NCBI GenBank assembly: GCA_016794445.1 | Contig: JAEUKC010000022.1 | Coordinates: 1,133 to 65,132, forward strand | Direction of reading: 5' to 3' | From: Myxococcales bacterium | Lineage (GTDB): Bacteria > Myxococcota_A > Polyangia > Polyangiales > JADJMO01 | Length of the DNA stretch: 64,000 nt | In this document: positions 40,256-50,029 of the stretch, one piece after another | Position numbering within the stretch: the first letter of the stretch is position 1 | How the letters are laid out: each line of letters begins with the position of its first letter | Program-made: the position numbers and the translations under genes | The notes under the pieces: generated by a model | The model's database searches: none | What the model saw: the letters and a program-made list of their open reading frames with translations, nothing else | Told to the model about the DNA's origin: nothing

Positions 40256-40483
40256 TTGAGCATCGAGCAACCGAAGAACCCCCTCCACGGCGTGACCCTC
40301 GCCGCTCTCCTGCGCACGCTCGTCGACGAGCTCGGCTGGGAAGAGCTCGCGCGGCGGGTCCCGATTCCGCCGTTCCTTCGCGAACCCACCTTCGAGTCGA
40401 GCCTCAAGTTCCTGCGGCGGCACCCGGAGGAGCGCGCCGCGGTCGAGGCGCTCTACCTCGCGACGCGCCCACCCATCGGCTAG
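40256..40483 (+). CDS. VF530/DUF2132-family small DNA-binding protein
   Basis: NPLHGVTLAALLRTLVDELGWEELARRVPIPPF...SSLKFLRRHPEERAAVEALYL matches the family pattern as I remember it. Confidence 0.75.
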   Translation: MSIEQPKNPLHGVTLAALLRTLVDELGWEELARRVPIPPFLREPTFESSLKFLRRHPEERAAVEALYLATRPPIG

Positions 40484-40700
40484 GCGGCACCGCGACGAGC
40501 TCGAGCCCGTGCAGCGTGAGCAGGTCGGAGAGCGTCGGGTGCACCACGAAGGGACGGTGCCTGAACCAGGCGACGGCGCGGCCGGAGGCGTCACACAGGA
40601 TCTCGTCTGGTGTCGACAGCGTGCCTGCGCGCACGACATCGAACGGGACGACCGTGAGCGGCGAGGTGAGCCCGACCGCGCGCAGCATCTCATGCGGCAC
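40404..40700 (-). CDS. hypothetical small protein (uncertain)
   Basis: 98-aa ORF overlapping the upstream small gene by 11 nt. High GC3 in the first two thirds. The 3' end overlaps the convergent DUF2132 gene. Confidence 0.3.
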   Translation of the reverse strand: MPHEMLRAVGLTSPLTVVPFDVVRAGTLSTPDEILCDASGRAVAWFRHRPFVVHPTLSDLLTLHGLELVAVPPSRWVGASRGRAPRPRRAPPGAAAGT

Positions 40701-40911
40701 GGCGATCCTCGTAGCGACCGTCGGCCTGCTCGATGCGCACTGTGACCGGCGCGCGCTGCTTGGCGGCCAGCTCTTCGGCGAGCGTCAGGGCGTGCTCGAT
40801 CGCGCGCTCCTTGGTGCACAGACGGTCGACCATGCGTTCGTAGAGAGGATCGACGATGACGACCCACGCGCGCTGGCGCGGCACGACGCGGATGATGTGG
40901 CCTTTGCTCAT
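40690..40911 (-). CDS. hypothetical small protein (DUF2188-like pattern)
   Basis: MSKGHIIRVVPRQRAWVVIV...VTVRIEQADGRYEDRRAA. Internal ATG of track ORF 40690..41049. Confidence 0.45.
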   Translation of the reverse strand: MSKGHIIRVVPRQRAWVVIVDPLYERMVDRLCTKERAIEHALTLAEELAAKQRAPVTVRIEQADGRYEDRRAA

Positions 40912-41084
40912 GCCTGTCGAAGGAGCAACCCGCGGGCCACGGCCTGCTTCTCGGTGCGGGCGAACCGGGAACGCTCGGGCTCGTGCACCTTGCAACCAGG
41001 CATCGTGCAGCCGAGCAATCACGGGGGCTTTGCCGGGTGGGTGACCCACGCGCCAGGCTCGTTGCGTGCATGCACGATGCCGAG

Positions 41085-41753
41085 TCAGGGGGTGCTCGAG
41101 GACGGCGGCGCGCTGGCCGAGGCGCCTGCGGCCGGCGAGGCGCTCGCGGCGGCTGCGGCGCGGGCCTTGGCGAACGAGGGCGACGCGGGCTTGCGCGCGT
41201 CGAGCGCGAGGTTCAGGAGCAGCACGTTCACCCGCGGCTCACCGAGGAAGCCGAGCGTGGAGCCCTCGGTGTGCTGGGCGACGAGCCCCTGCACCTCGGC
41301 CTCGCTCATGCCGCGGGCCTTGGCGATGCGAGGGATCTGGATCGCCACCGCCTCGGGCGAGAGGTGCGGGTCGAGCCCGCTCGCGCTCTTGGTGACGAGA
41401 TCGACCGGGATCGGACCCGTGGCGCCGGAGTCGCGCAGCGCCTTCACGCGCGCCTCGACCTCGTCCTTCAGCGCGGCCTGGAGGGGGCCGTAGTTCGAGC
41501 CCGACGAGTAGGTGACCCCAGTGGCCGGATCGACGCTCGCGCCGGACGGCCGACCCCAGAAGTACTCGGGCCACAGCGTCGGATCGCCGAAGGTCTGACC
41601 GATCAGCGCGGAGCCCTTCTGGCCGACCAGGCTCCCGCTCGCCTGCTTCGGGAACAGCACGCGCGCAGCCGCGGTGACCAGGCCGGGGTAGACGCCGCAG
41701 CACAAGATCAGCAGCAGCAGCGTGACGACGAAGGTCTGACGGAGGAGCTTCAT
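41085..41753 (-). CDS. kdpC: K+-transporting ATPase subunit C
   Basis: N-terminal TM MKLLRQTFVVTLLLLILCCGVYPG and KdpC-like SASGLDPHLSPEAV. Follows kdpB. Confidence 0.9.
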   Translation of the reverse strand: MKLLRQTFVVTLLLLILCCGVYPGLVTAAARVLFPKQASGSLVGQKGSALIGQTFGDPTLWPEYFWGRPSGASVDPATGVTYSSGSNYGPLQAALKDEVEARVKALRDSGATGPIPVDLVTKSASGLDPHLSPEAVAIQIPRIAKARGMSEAEVQGLVAQHTEGSTLGFLGEPRVNVLLLNLALDARKPASPSFAKARAAAAASASPAAGASASAPPSSSTP

Positions 41754-41765
41754 GGCGGACTCGAT

Positions 41766-43874
41766 TCAGGCGAGGTGCAGGGCGTTGACCACGAGGTCGA
41801 TGGCCTTGATGGCGACGAACGGCGCGACAACGCCGCCGAGCCCGTAGACGAGGAGGTTTCTCCGCAGGAGCGCCGCTGCCCCGAGCGGGCGGTAGAACAC
41901 GCCGCGGAGCGCGAGCGGGATCAGCGCGACGATCACCAGCGCGTTGAAGATGACCGCCGAGAGGATCGCGCTCGTGGGCGAACCCAGCCGCATGACGTTG
42001 AGCGCCCAGAAGGCCGACGAGCGGGGCCCGCCCTGCGCCACCTGGAACGCGACGATGCCCGTGAACATGGCCGGGAGTATCGAGAAGTACTTGGCCACGT
42101 CGTTGGCGATCGAGAACGTGGTGAGCGCCCCGCGGGTCATCAGGAGCTGCTTGCCGATCTCGACGATCTCGATCAGCTTGGTCGGGTCGCTGTCGAGGTC
42201 GACCATGTTGCCGGCCTCCTTGGCCGCCTGGGTGCCGGTGTTCATCGCCACCCCGACGTCGGCTCGCGCGAGGGCCGGCGCGTCGTTGGTGCCGTCGCCC
42301 GTCATCGCGACGAGGCGCCCACCCTCCTGCATCTGGTGGATGTAGGCGAGCTTCGCCTCGGGGGTGGCCTCGGCGAGGAAGTCGTCGACGCCCGCTTCGG
42401 CCGCGATCTTCTTGGCGGTGAGCGGGTTGTCGCCGGTGATCATCACGGTCTTGATCCCCATGGCGCGGAGGCGCTCGAAGCGGTCCTTCATGCCGGGCTT
42501 CACTGTGTCCTTCAGGTAGACGACGCCGAGGACGCGATCGCCGTCGGCGACGACGAGCGGGGTGCCGCCCTCGTTGGCGACGCGCGCCACGAGGCCCTGG
42601 AGATCCGCGGGGATCACGCCCTTCTTGCTGCGCACGAGCGCGGTCACCGTGTCGCCGGCGCCCTTGCGCAGGAGGCGCTCGCCGGCGTCGATCCCGCTCA
42701 TGCGCGTGGCGGCGGTGAACGCGACGAACGTGGCGCCCTCGGGGAGCTTCGGCATGATGCCGCGCTCGGTCGCGAGCGCGACGATGCTCTTGCCCTCCGG
42801 GGTCTCGTCGGCGAGCGAGGCGAGCGTGGCGATCTCGGCGAGCTCGTGCTCGTCGACCCCGGCGACCGGCAGGAACTGGAACGCCTGCCGGTTGCCGTAG
42901 GTGATGGTGCCGGTCTTGTCGAGCATGAGGACGTCGATGTCCCCGGCGGCCTCGACCGCGCGCCCCGACGTCGCGAGCACGTTGTGCTGCACGAGGCGGT
43001 CCATCCCGGCGATGCCGATGGCCGACAGCAGGCCGCCGATGGTGGTCGGGATGAGGCACACGAGCAGCGCCACGAGGGCCGCGATGCCGAGCGAGCCCTT
43101 GAAGAAGCGCGCGTAGGGCTCGAGGGTCGCGACCGCGACCAGGAAGATCAGCGTGAGCGCGGCGAGCAGGATGGTGAGCGCGATCTCGTTGGGGGTCTTC
43201 TGCCGCTCGGCGCCCTCGACGAGCGCGATCATGCGGTCGATGAAGCCCGCCCCCGGGTCCTGCCCGATCTGGATCTTCAGCCAGTCGCTCTGCACGCGGG
43301 TGCCGCCGGTCACCGCGCTGCGGTCGCCGCCCGCCTCCCGCACCACGGGCGCCGACTCGCCGGTGATGGCGCTCTCGTCGACCGAGGCGATGCCCTCGAG
43401 GATCTCGCCGTCGGCGGGGATCATCTGACCCGCCTTCACGTAGACCACGTCACCACGCCGGAGCTCGGTCGCGGGGATCTCCTCGCCCCCGTCCTCGAAG
43501 CCGATGGTGAGGATCGGGGTCTCCTCGCCAGAGCGGCGGATGCGCCGGGCCATGGTGGTGGTGCGCATCTTGCGCAGGGTGTCGGCCTGGGCCTTGCCGC
43601 GCCCCTCCGCCATCGCCTCGGCGAAGTTGGCGAACAGCACGGTGAACCACAGCCAGACGATCAGCTGCACGGAGAAGCGCACGTCGGTGGCCGTGCCGCG
43701 CAGGACGTCGCGCACGAACAGCACCGTGACGAGCAGGCTCCCGACCTCGACGACGAACATGACCGGGTTCTTCGCCATGGTGCGCGGGTCGAGCTTCTTG
43801 AAGCTCTCGACGATGGCGGGGCGGAGGATCGCGGGATCCCAGAGCGAGTGCTGCTTGCGGTGATTCTTGGCCAT
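41766..43874 (-). CDS. kdpB: K+-transporting P-type ATPase subunit B
   Basis: [27 protein letters not shown] motifs. 702 aa. Confidence 0.97.
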   Translation of the reverse strand: MAKNHRKQHSLWDPAILRPAIVESFKKLDPRTMAKNPVMFVVEVGSLLVTVLFVRDVLRGTATDVRFSVQLIVWLWFTVLFANFAEAMAEGRGKAQADTLRKMRTTTMARRIRRSGEETPILTIGFEDGGEEIPATELRRGDVVYVKAGQMIPADGEILEGIASVDESAITGESAPVVREAGGDRSAVTGGTRVQSDWLKIQIGQDPGAGFIDRMIALVEGAERQKTPNEIALTILLAALTLIFLVAVATLEPYARFFKGSLGIAALVALLVCLIPTTIGGLLSAIGIAGMDRLVQHNVLATSGRAVEAAGDIDVLMLDKTGTITYGNRQAFQFLPVAGVDEHELAEIATLASLADETPEGKSIVALATERGIMPKLPEGATFVAFTAATRMSGIDAGERLLRKGAGDTVTALVRSKKGVIPADLQGLVARVANEGGTPLVVADGDRVLGVVYLKDTVKPGMKDRFERLRAMGIKTVMITGDNPLTAKKIAAEAGVDDFLAEATPEAKLAYIHQMQEGGRLVAMTGDGTNDAPALARADVGVAMNTGTQAAKEAGNMVDLDSDPTKLIEIVEIGKQLLMTRGALTTFSIANDVAKYFSILPAMFTGIVAFQVAQGGPRSSAFWALNVMRLGSPTSAILSAVIFNALVIVALIPLALRGVFYRPLGAAALLRRNLLVYGLGGVVAPFVAIKAIDLVVNALHLA

Positions 43875-43878
43875 GGCT

Positions 43879-45594
43879 TCAGCGGGTCATCTGGATGTGC
43901 TCGACGATCGGACCGATCGCGAGCGCCGGGAAGAAGGTCAGCGCGCCGACGATGAGGATCACGCCGACGAGGAGGCCGACGAACAGGGTGTTGTCCACGG
44001 GGAACGAGCCGGCGCCCGCGGGTACGAGCTTCTTCTTGGCCATGTTGCCCGCGATGGCGAGCACGGCGATGATGAGCGGGAAGCGCCCGACGTGCATCGC
44101 GAGGCCGAGGGTGAGCGTGGAGAACACCGGGTGTTGCGTGGAGAAGGCGGTGAGCCCCGCGAACGCGCTGCCGTTGTTCGCCGTCGCGCTGGTGTAGGCG
44201 TAGAGCACCTCGCTGAACCCGTGCGGGTGCGGCCCGCCATCGGGTCCCGTGTTCAGGATCCCCGATCTACCGGCGTCGGTCAGGAGACCCGCCGCGGTGA
44301 AGAGCAGGATCGAGAACGCGGGGATCAGCACGTAGATCGAGGCGAAGCGCACGTCGCGGCTGTCGATCTTCTTGCCGAGGTATTCCGGCGTGCGCCCCAC
44401 CATCAGGCCCGCGAGGAACACCGCCAGGATGACGTAGACGAGGATGCCGTACATGCCGGCGCCGACGCCGCCGAAGACGATCTCGCCGAGCTGCATGTTC
44501 AAGAGCGGCACGAGCCCGCCGAGCGGCGTGTAGCTGTCGTGCATGGCGTTGACCGCCCCACACGAAGCGCCCGTGGTGACCACCGTGAAGAGGGCGCTGT
44601 CGGGGACACCGAACCGCACCTCCTTGCCCTCGAGGTTGGTCGCAACGGCGGCGCCCGCCCGGGCCAGCACCGGGTTGCCCTTGGTCTCGAACCAGGTCGC
44701 GGCGACGATGCCGAGGACTGCGATGAACGTCATCGCCCCGAACACCGCCCAGCCGTGCTTCGGGCTCTTGACCATGCCGAGCGTCACGCACAGCGCCGCC
44801 GGGATCGCCCAGATCGAGACCATCTGCACGAAGTTTGAGAGCGGGGTCGGGTTCTCCCACGGGTGGGCGCTGTTCGCGTTGAAGTAGCCGCCGCCATTGG
44901 TGCCGAGCATCTTGATGGCCTCCTGCGAGGCCACCGGCCCGCGGAGGACGGACTGGGTGGAGCCGTCGAGCGCCGTCCACGACGCCGGGCCCTCCCACGT
45001 CTGGATGACGCCCTGCGAGACCAGGAACAGCGCGTAGAACAGGCAGATCGGCAAGAGCACGTAGAGGTGCACGCGCACGAGATCGACCCAGAAGTTGCCG
45101 AGGGTGTCGGCCTGCGAGCGCGCGAGGCCGCGGATCAGCGCGATGGCCACGCACATCCCGACGCCGGCCGAGAAGAAGTTGTGCGAGGTGAGCCCGACCG
45201 CCTGCGAGGCGTAACTCATGGTCGTCTCGCCGCCGTAGCTCTGCCAGTTGGTGTTCGTGGTGAACGAGACCGAGGTGTTGAACGCGAGCCACGGCGCGAC
45301 GGCGTCGAGCTTGGTCGGATTGAACGGCAGCTCGTGCTGCATCCGGAGGACCGCGTAGGTGACGACCTGGGTGAGCAGCGAGAACGCGAGCATGGCGCCC
45401 GCGTACGCGCGCCACGTGTGCTCCCTGGCTTCCTCGATCCCCGCCGCGCGGTAGATGCCGCGCTCGAGGAACCCGAGGACCTTGCGGGAGGTGTGGTTCT
45501 CCCCGGCGAAGACCCGGGTCATGAACCGGCCGAGCGGCACGGCCACGAGCACGAGGACCGCGAAGAACACCAGGTCGAGGACGAGCACGCGCAT
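43879..45594 (-). CDS. kdpA: K+-transporting ATPase subunit A
   Basis: Internal ATG ([25 protein letters not shown]...). 571 aa polytopic KdpA-like sequence. The start overlaps the kdpF stop (TGATG). Confidence 0.95.
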   Translation of the reverse strand: MRVLVLDLVFFAVLVLVAVPLGRFMTRVFAGENHTSRKVLGFLERGIYRAAGIEEAREHTWRAYAGAMLAFSLLTQVVTYAVLRMQHELPFNPTKLDAVAPWLAFNTSVSFTTNTNWQSYGGETTMSYASQAVGLTSHNFFSAGVGMCVAIALIRGLARSQADTLGNFWVDLVRVHLYVLLPICLFYALFLVSQGVIQTWEGPASWTALDGSTQSVLRGPVASQEAIKMLGTNGGGYFNANSAHPWENPTPLSNFVQMVSIWAIPAALCVTLGMVKSPKHGWAVFGAMTFIAVLGIVAATWFETKGNPVLARAGAAVATNLEGKEVRFGVPDSALFTVVTTGASCGAVNAMHDSYTPLGGLVPLLNMQLGEIVFGGVGAGMYGILVYVILAVFLAGLMVGRTPEYLGKKIDSRDVRFASIYVLIPAFSILLFTAAGLLTDAGRSGILNTGPDGGPHPHGFSEVLYAYTSATANNGSAFAGLTAFSTQHPVFSTLTLGLAMHVGRFPLIIAVLAIAGNMAKKKLVPAGAGSFPVDNTLFVGLLVGVILIVGALTFFPALAIGPIVEHIQMTR

Positions 45595-45683
45595 CAGAAG
45601 CGCTCCGGGCGAGCGAGCACGAAGAACAGGTAGGCGGCGAGCAGGACGCTCACGCCGAGGCCTAGGACGAGGTCGAGGGACAT
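45594..45683 (-). CDS. kdpF: K+-transporting ATPase subunit F (29 aa)
   Basis: Not in the ORF track. MSLDLVLGLGVSVLLAAYLFFVLARPERF has the typical single TM and the RPERF ending, directly upstream of kdpA. Confidence 0.8.
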   Translation of the reverse strand: MSLDLVLGLGVSVLLAAYLFFVLARPERF

Positions 45684-45698
45684 GGCAGGTTCCCGCGG

Positions 45699-45782
45699 TC
45701 AGATTGCGTCGCAGAGGCGGGCGAAACCCACCACCGCGACGAAGAGCGCCAGCGTCAGCAAGAGGATCCAGAGATCGGTCAT
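45699..45782 (-). CDS. candidate 27-aa hydrophobic micro-protein upstream of kdpF
   Basis: Not in the ORF track. MTDLWILLLTLALFVAVVGFARLCDAI. GGAG lies 8 nt upstream of the ATG. Sits 15 nt upstream of kdpF. Confidence 0.4.
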   Translation of the reverse strand: MTDLWILLLTLALFVAVVGFARLCDAI

Positions 45783-45799
45783 GGGACGAGCTCCGTGGA

Positions 45800-45814
45800 G
45801 CAGGAACCAGACCA
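45800..45814 (-). promoter_or_regulatory. candidate sigma-54 (-24/-12) promoter for the micro-ORF-kdpFABC unit
   Basis: Minus strand TGGTCTGGTTCCTGC: GG and GC at the exact consensus spacing (TGGCAC-N5-TTGC). The GC lies 18 nt upstream of the micro-ORF ATG. Confidence 0.4.
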
Positions 45815-45895
45815 TCCGGTGACGCTGCGGAGCCTCGGCGCGATCGCGTCGTCACCGCACTCGACGTCGGGCGATTTGCACGACGCCCGCCGCGA

Positions 45896-45913
45896 TCGTG
45901 CGGCCGTGCACGA
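45896..45913. promoter_or_regulatory. candidate enhancer (UAS) palindrome TCGTGCG-GCCG-TGCACGA
   Basis: 18/22 identical to the element at 51397-51418. Lies about 83 nt upstream of the 45814 -24 element. NtrC-like TGCAC half-sites. Confidence 0.45.
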
Positions 45914-45916
45914 ACC

Positions 45917-47743
45917 TCAGGCGGGGAGCCGCAGCGTGAACGTGCTGCCCTCGCCGACCTGGCTCTTGACCTCCAGGTTCCCGCCGTGGCGTTCGGCGAT
46001 CTCCCGCGCGATGGCCAGACCGAGGCCGTGACGCCCGCGGAGCTGGGCCGGCTCCGCACCCGTCCAGTGGCGCTCGAACACGTGGGGCAGGTGCTCCTCG
46101 GCGATGCCTTCGCCGTCGTCGCGCACGCCGAGCACGACGTGGGCAGCGTCTCGCTGCGCGAAGAGCCGCACCGTGCCGCCCGGCTCGGTGTGCCGGATCG
46201 CGTTCGAGACCAGGTTCCCGAGCAGGATGTGGATCTGCTCGACGTCTAGGGAGACGGGCGCGACCTCCTCGGGGTCCACCACGAGGGCGACGCGCTTCTC
46301 GGCGGCGAGCGCCCGGTGCGCGCGTTCGACCTCGGCGAGGAGGGCGCGCGGCTCCACGAGCTCGCGGTGCAGCTCGCCGGCCTCGCGCTCGATGCGCACG
46401 AGATCGAGCAGCTCCTCCACGGTCCGCTGCAGGCGCTCGGTCTCCTCGCAGGCCGTGTTCGCGAGCTCGCGCTGCAGCGCCGTCAGGCCCTCGCTCTCCT
46501 CGAGGAGCATGTGGGTCGCGAGGCGGAGCGAGGTCAGCGGGGTCTTGAGCTCGTGGCTCACCGTGGCGACCACGTCGCTCTTGAGGGCGTCGATGCGGCG
46601 GTAGCGGGTGACGTCCTCCGCCACGACGATCACGCCCCGGCCCGCGGACTCCTCCACGTGCAGCGGGGAGGCCCGCACGAGGAAGAAGCGCTCGGCGCCG
46701 CCGGCTGCGGTCCACTGCATGGCCTCGCTCAAGCTGTCGGGCAAGAGCGGCTTGTCGTCGGCGAGCACGCGGTCCCGCGCCGCGAGGATCCGCTCCGGCG
46801 GCTCGACGCCGAGGCGCCGCTGCTCGTCGCGATCGCCCGGGGTGAGGCCGAACACCGCCTCGGCGGCCTCGTTGGTGAGGAGGATGTCGCCACTGCCACC
46901 GAAGACGATCACGGGGTCGGTCATGGCGGCGACGGTGGCGCGCGACAGATCGCGCGCCGCGAGCAGCTCGCCGAGGCTGCTCTCTCGGTAGAGGCGCAGC
47001 TTGTCCTGCATGCGGTTGAGCGCGTCGGCGAGGCCGCGCAGCTCGCTCAGGTCGGGCAGCGCGAGCTTCGTCTCGAACCGGCCCTCACCGATGGCCCGGG
47101 CTCGATCGGTGAAGGTGGAGATCGGGTCGATGATCACCCGCGGGAAGCGGAAGGTGAGCCACCCGGTCAGGAGGAGGGCGATGGCGGCGGCGAGCACCGA
47201 AAGCGAGCGCGTGCGCTGGGCAAGCCGGCGCGCCTCGGCGTCGGCCCCGACCATGTTCCGCTGGTTCGCGTCTCGGATGGCGGCGATGCTGGCCTTCAGC
47301 TTCTGGAATCGGGGCAGGAGCTCGCCGAAGTAGCCCGCGCTCCGCTGCTCGATCGGCCGCGCGAGCACGCGGTCGGCGGTGATCACATAGTCTTTGTATG
47401 CATCCTCGACGAAGCGAACGAGGTCGCCCTCTCCCGGGAGGGTCACGTTGCGCGCCTCGGCGGCGAGGGCGCCCTCGAACTTGCGGCGGTGGTCGGTGAG
47501 CATCGGGGTGCCGATGTCCACGCGCCCGCTCGCCACGAACAACGCCCCCGAGTCCTGCCGCTCGAGCGCCTCGTTCATCTCCTGGCACGCGACGACCGAG
47601 GCGTAGTTCTCGCGCAGGATGAGCCCGACCGCGCCGCCGAGCCGGTCGAGCGCCAGCGTCGAGAGCACCGAGACCACGAGCACGGTCGCGGCCATCGCGA
47701 GGCCGAGGCGCACGAGGCGACCGCGGAGCGACGCGCGGGTCAT
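45917..47743 (-). CDS. HAMP/PAS sensor histidine kinase
   Basis: Two TM segments flanking a periplasmic-type domain. H-box SHELKTPLTSL. HATPase DDGEGI, GLGLAIAREI. Overlaps the activator gene stop by 4 nt. Confidence 0.9.
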   Translation of the reverse strand: MTRASLRGRLVRLGLAMAATVLVVSVLSTLALDRLGGAVGLILRENYASVVACQEMNEALERQDSGALFVASGRVDIGTPMLTDHRRKFEGALAAEARNVTLPGEGDLVRFVEDAYKDYVITADRVLARPIEQRSAGYFGELLPRFQKLKASIAAIRDANQRNMVGADAEARRLAQRTRSLSVLAAAIALLLTGWLTFRFPRVIIDPISTFTDRARAIGEGRFETKLALPDLSELRGLADALNRMQDKLRLYRESSLGELLAARDLSRATVAAMTDPVIVFGGSGDILLTNEAAEAVFGLTPGDRDEQRRLGVEPPERILAARDRVLADDKPLLPDSLSEAMQWTAAGGAERFFLVRASPLHVEESAGRGVIVVAEDVTRYRRIDALKSDVVATVSHELKTPLTSLRLATHMLLEESEGLTALQRELANTACEETERLQRTVEELLDLVRIEREAGELHRELVEPRALLAEVERAHRALAAEKRVALVVDPEEVAPVSLDVEQIHILLGNLVSNAIRHTEPGGTVRLFAQRDAAHVVLGVRDDGEGIAEEHLPHVFERHWTGAEPAQLRGRHGLGLAIAREIAERHGGNLEVKSQVGEGSTFTLRLPA

Positions 47744-49062
47744 CGAAGGCCGTAGCGCTCGCGCTTGCGATAGAGGGTGGACGGGTCGACGCCGAGCGCG
47801 CGGGCCGCCGCGTCCAGGGTCGGGTGCCGCGCGAGCACGGCCGCGATGTGCCGCGCCTCGGCGGACTCGAGCGACTCGTCTCCGGCGACCGCGCCGCGGG
47901 TCGTCGCCCGCACCTCCTCGGGGAGCAGATCGGGCGAGAGGATCTCTCCGTGGGCGAGCAGCGAAGCGCGCTCGAGGACGTTGCCGAGCTCGCGGATGTT
48001 CCCCGGCCAGTCGTAGGCGACGAGCGCCCCCATCGCCTCGGGCGAGACGGACGTGAGGCGCCCGCCCGAGCGGTGCGGCTGATCGAGCAGCGCCGTGACG
48101 AGGCCGGGGATGTCCTCGCGGCGCTCACGCAGCGACGGGAGGCGCACCGAGACCACGTTGAGCCGGTAGAACAGGTCTTCGCGGAACGTGCCCGCGCCGA
48201 TCGCCGCCCGCAGATCGCGGTGGGTCGCGGCGATCACCCGCGCCTCCGACCGTCGCGGCTCGGTGTCGCCGACGCGCACGTACTCGCGCTCCTCGAGCAA
48301 CCGCAGGAGCTTCCCCTGCAGCTCCTTGCCGAGGTCGCCCACCTCGTCGATGAACAGGGTGCCGTTCTTGGCGGCCTCGACGTAGCCCGCGCGCGCCTGG
48401 TCGGCGCCGGTGAACGCGCCGCGCGCGTGGCCGAACAGCTCGTTCTCGATCAGGTTCGGGCTGATGGTCGCGCAGTTCACCGTGACGAACGGCCGATCCG
48501 CGCGCGGCGAGTGCTGGTGCACGTGCCGCGCGAGCACGCCCTTGCCCGTACCGGTCTCGCCGAGCACCAGGATCGTCGCGTCGGTCGCCGCCGCGCGCTC
48601 CGCGAGCAGGTAGGCCTGCTGCACGGCCGGGCTGTGCGACGGCAACGGCGCGCCCCGCGGCTTGCGCTTCACCTCGCTGAGCTCCTGGCGCAGGCGCGCC
48701 GCGTCGAGCACGCGCGACACCACGTGCTTCACCGCGGCCGGCGTGAACGGCTTCGGCAGGTAGTCGGCCGCGCCCGCGCGCATGGCCTCGACCGCGTTGT
48801 CGATGGTCGCGAACGCAGTCATCACGACCACGGCGGTCCCCGGCGCCTCCTGCGCGAGCGTGCGGGTCACCGTGAGCCCGTCGATCCCCCCGAGTCGCAG
48901 GTCGATGAGCGCGAGATCGGGGGGGTTGCGTCGGGCGGCCGCGAGCCCCGCCTCGCCGCTCGGCGCGAGCGTCACCGTGTACCCCGCCGACTCCAGGCAG
49001 AGGCGCAGGGTCTTGCGGATGGACTCCTCGTCGTCGACGACGAGCACGTGGGCCTTCGTCAT
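47740..49062 (-). CDS. NtrC-family sigma-54-dependent response regulator
   Basis: Canonical receiver (VLVVDDEE...LALIDLRL...LPKPF). GETGTGKGVLARHVH, GAFTGA. C-terminal HTH (AAARALGVDPSTLYRKRERYG). Confidence 0.95.
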   Translation of the reverse strand: MTKAHVLVVDDEESIRKTLRLCLESAGYTVTLAPSGEAGLAAARRNPPDLALIDLRLGGIDGLTVTRTLAQEAPGTAVVVMTAFATIDNAVEAMRAGAADYLPKPFTPAAVKHVVSRVLDAARLRQELSEVKRKPRGAPLPSHSPAVQQAYLLAERAAATDATILVLGETGTGKGVLARHVHQHSPRADRPFVTVNCATISPNLIENELFGHARGAFTGADQARAGYVEAAKNGTLFIDEVGDLGKELQGKLLRLLEEREYVRVGDTEPRRSEARVIAATHRDLRAAIGAGTFREDLFYRLNVVSVRLPSLRERREDIPGLVTALLDQPHRSGGRLTSVSPEAMGALVAYDWPGNIRELGNVLERASLLAHGEILSPDLLPEEVRATTRGAVAGDESLESAEARHIAAVLARHPTLDAAARALGVDPSTLYRKRERYGLR

Positions 49063-49066
49063 GCTC

Positions 49067-50029
49067 TCACCCTACCTCTCTCGAGGGCTTTGTTCCTGGA
49101 TCGTCGTCGTTCGCTCTGTTCCGGTCGGACGCGCGCTGCACCATGGGATGGTCGAACGTTCGCGCGAGCCAGCGATCGAGCTGCGCCCCGCTCGCCCCGG
49201 TGAACAGCACGTACGTGGGGCCGTTCTCTCTGCGCCGACCGACCGCCATCGAGCCCGTCTCGCCGAGCCCGAGCGGGAAGAGCACGGCGTCGAGCTCCGC
49301 GTCGGCTCGTCGCGGCGAGGTCGGGTCGTCGACCACCAGGATTCGTGGCGTCGAGGACAGCACGAGCGGCGCGAGCGGCGCGCCACCGTAGCTGGCCAGG
49401 CGGGCGAGGCCATCCCACGGTCGCGGCCCGTCCGAGACCCCGCTGTCGAGCGCGAGCGCCGCGCGATAGGCGCGGTCGGCGTCCTCGTCCCGACCCGCGA
49501 GCTCCCGGCACAGACCGAGCAACGTCATCGCCTCCGGATCGAGCGGCGCGAGCGCCCGCGCCCGGGACAGGAACGGCTCGGCGTCGGCCGGGCTGCCCGA
49601 GGCGAGCACCCGGCGCGCCGCGGCCATCGCCGCCGCGTAGTCGAGCGCGCCTTCGTTCGAGGCTCGTCGACTGCGCAGCACGCGCTCCAGCGTCTGCCGC
49701 AGCTCCCGAGGCGAGAACGGCTTACCCATCACGTCCGCGATCGAGAGCCGCAAGAGCTCGACGAGGAGGCGGGTCGTGAGCAGCGTGGTCATCACGACGA
49801 TGGGCAGCTCGGGATGGTCGCGTCGCAGCGCGCGCAAGCCCTCCGTGGGCTCGTCGCCGAACGCGCGGAGCTCGACGACGGCGACCTCGACCTCGTGGTC
49901 CCGATCGAGGAGCGCGCGCGCCTCGTCCACGCTCGACGCGGTGACGACGGTGAACCCGGCGGCCACCAGCGCCTGATCGAGCACGTGCTGCACGGTCGCG
50001 TCCGGCTCGACGACGAGGACGCGGCTCAC
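49067..50029 (-). CDS. receiver-like (pseudo-receiver, Asp to Glu) protein with TPR-like C-terminal region
   Basis: VSRVLVVEPDATV...EVAVVELRAFGD...VVMTT...MGKPF: Glu where the phospho-Asp is expected, while Thr and Lys are conserved. GTGA overlap with the upstream stop. Confidence 0.65.
   Translation of the reverse strand: MSRVLVVEPDATVQHVLDQALVAAGFTVVTASSVDEARALLDRDHEVEVAVVELRAFGDEPTEGLRALRRDHPELPIVVMTTLLTTRLLVELLRLSIADVMGKPFSPRELRQTLERVLRSRRASNEGALDYAAAMAAARRVLASGSPADAEPFLSRARALAPLDPEAMTLLGLCRELAGRDEDADRAYRAALALDSGVSDGPRPWDGLARLASYGGAPLAPLVLSSTPRILVVDDPTSPRRADAELDAVLFPLGLGETGSMAVGRRRENGPTYVLFTGASGAQLDRWLARTFDHPMVQRASDRNRANDDDPGTKPSREVG

Noticed and set aside
41060-41084. GTGCATGCAC palindrome just after kdpC as a terminator
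   Set aside because: It is a 10-nt perfect palindrome without a loop or a following T-tract, so it is not convincing as an intrinsic terminator.
40983-43955. 990-aa plus-strand ORF
   Set aside because: It is antisense to kdpC and kdpB, with low-complexity Arg/Asp/Glu/Gly composition.
45874-45892. Alternative -24/-12 candidate CGGCGGGCGTCGTGCAAAT (minus strand) in the kdp leader
   Set aside because: The spacing fits, but it abuts the putative enhancer palindrome with no room for looping. The 45800-45814 element sits at a distance from the palindrome comparable to that in the divergent region.
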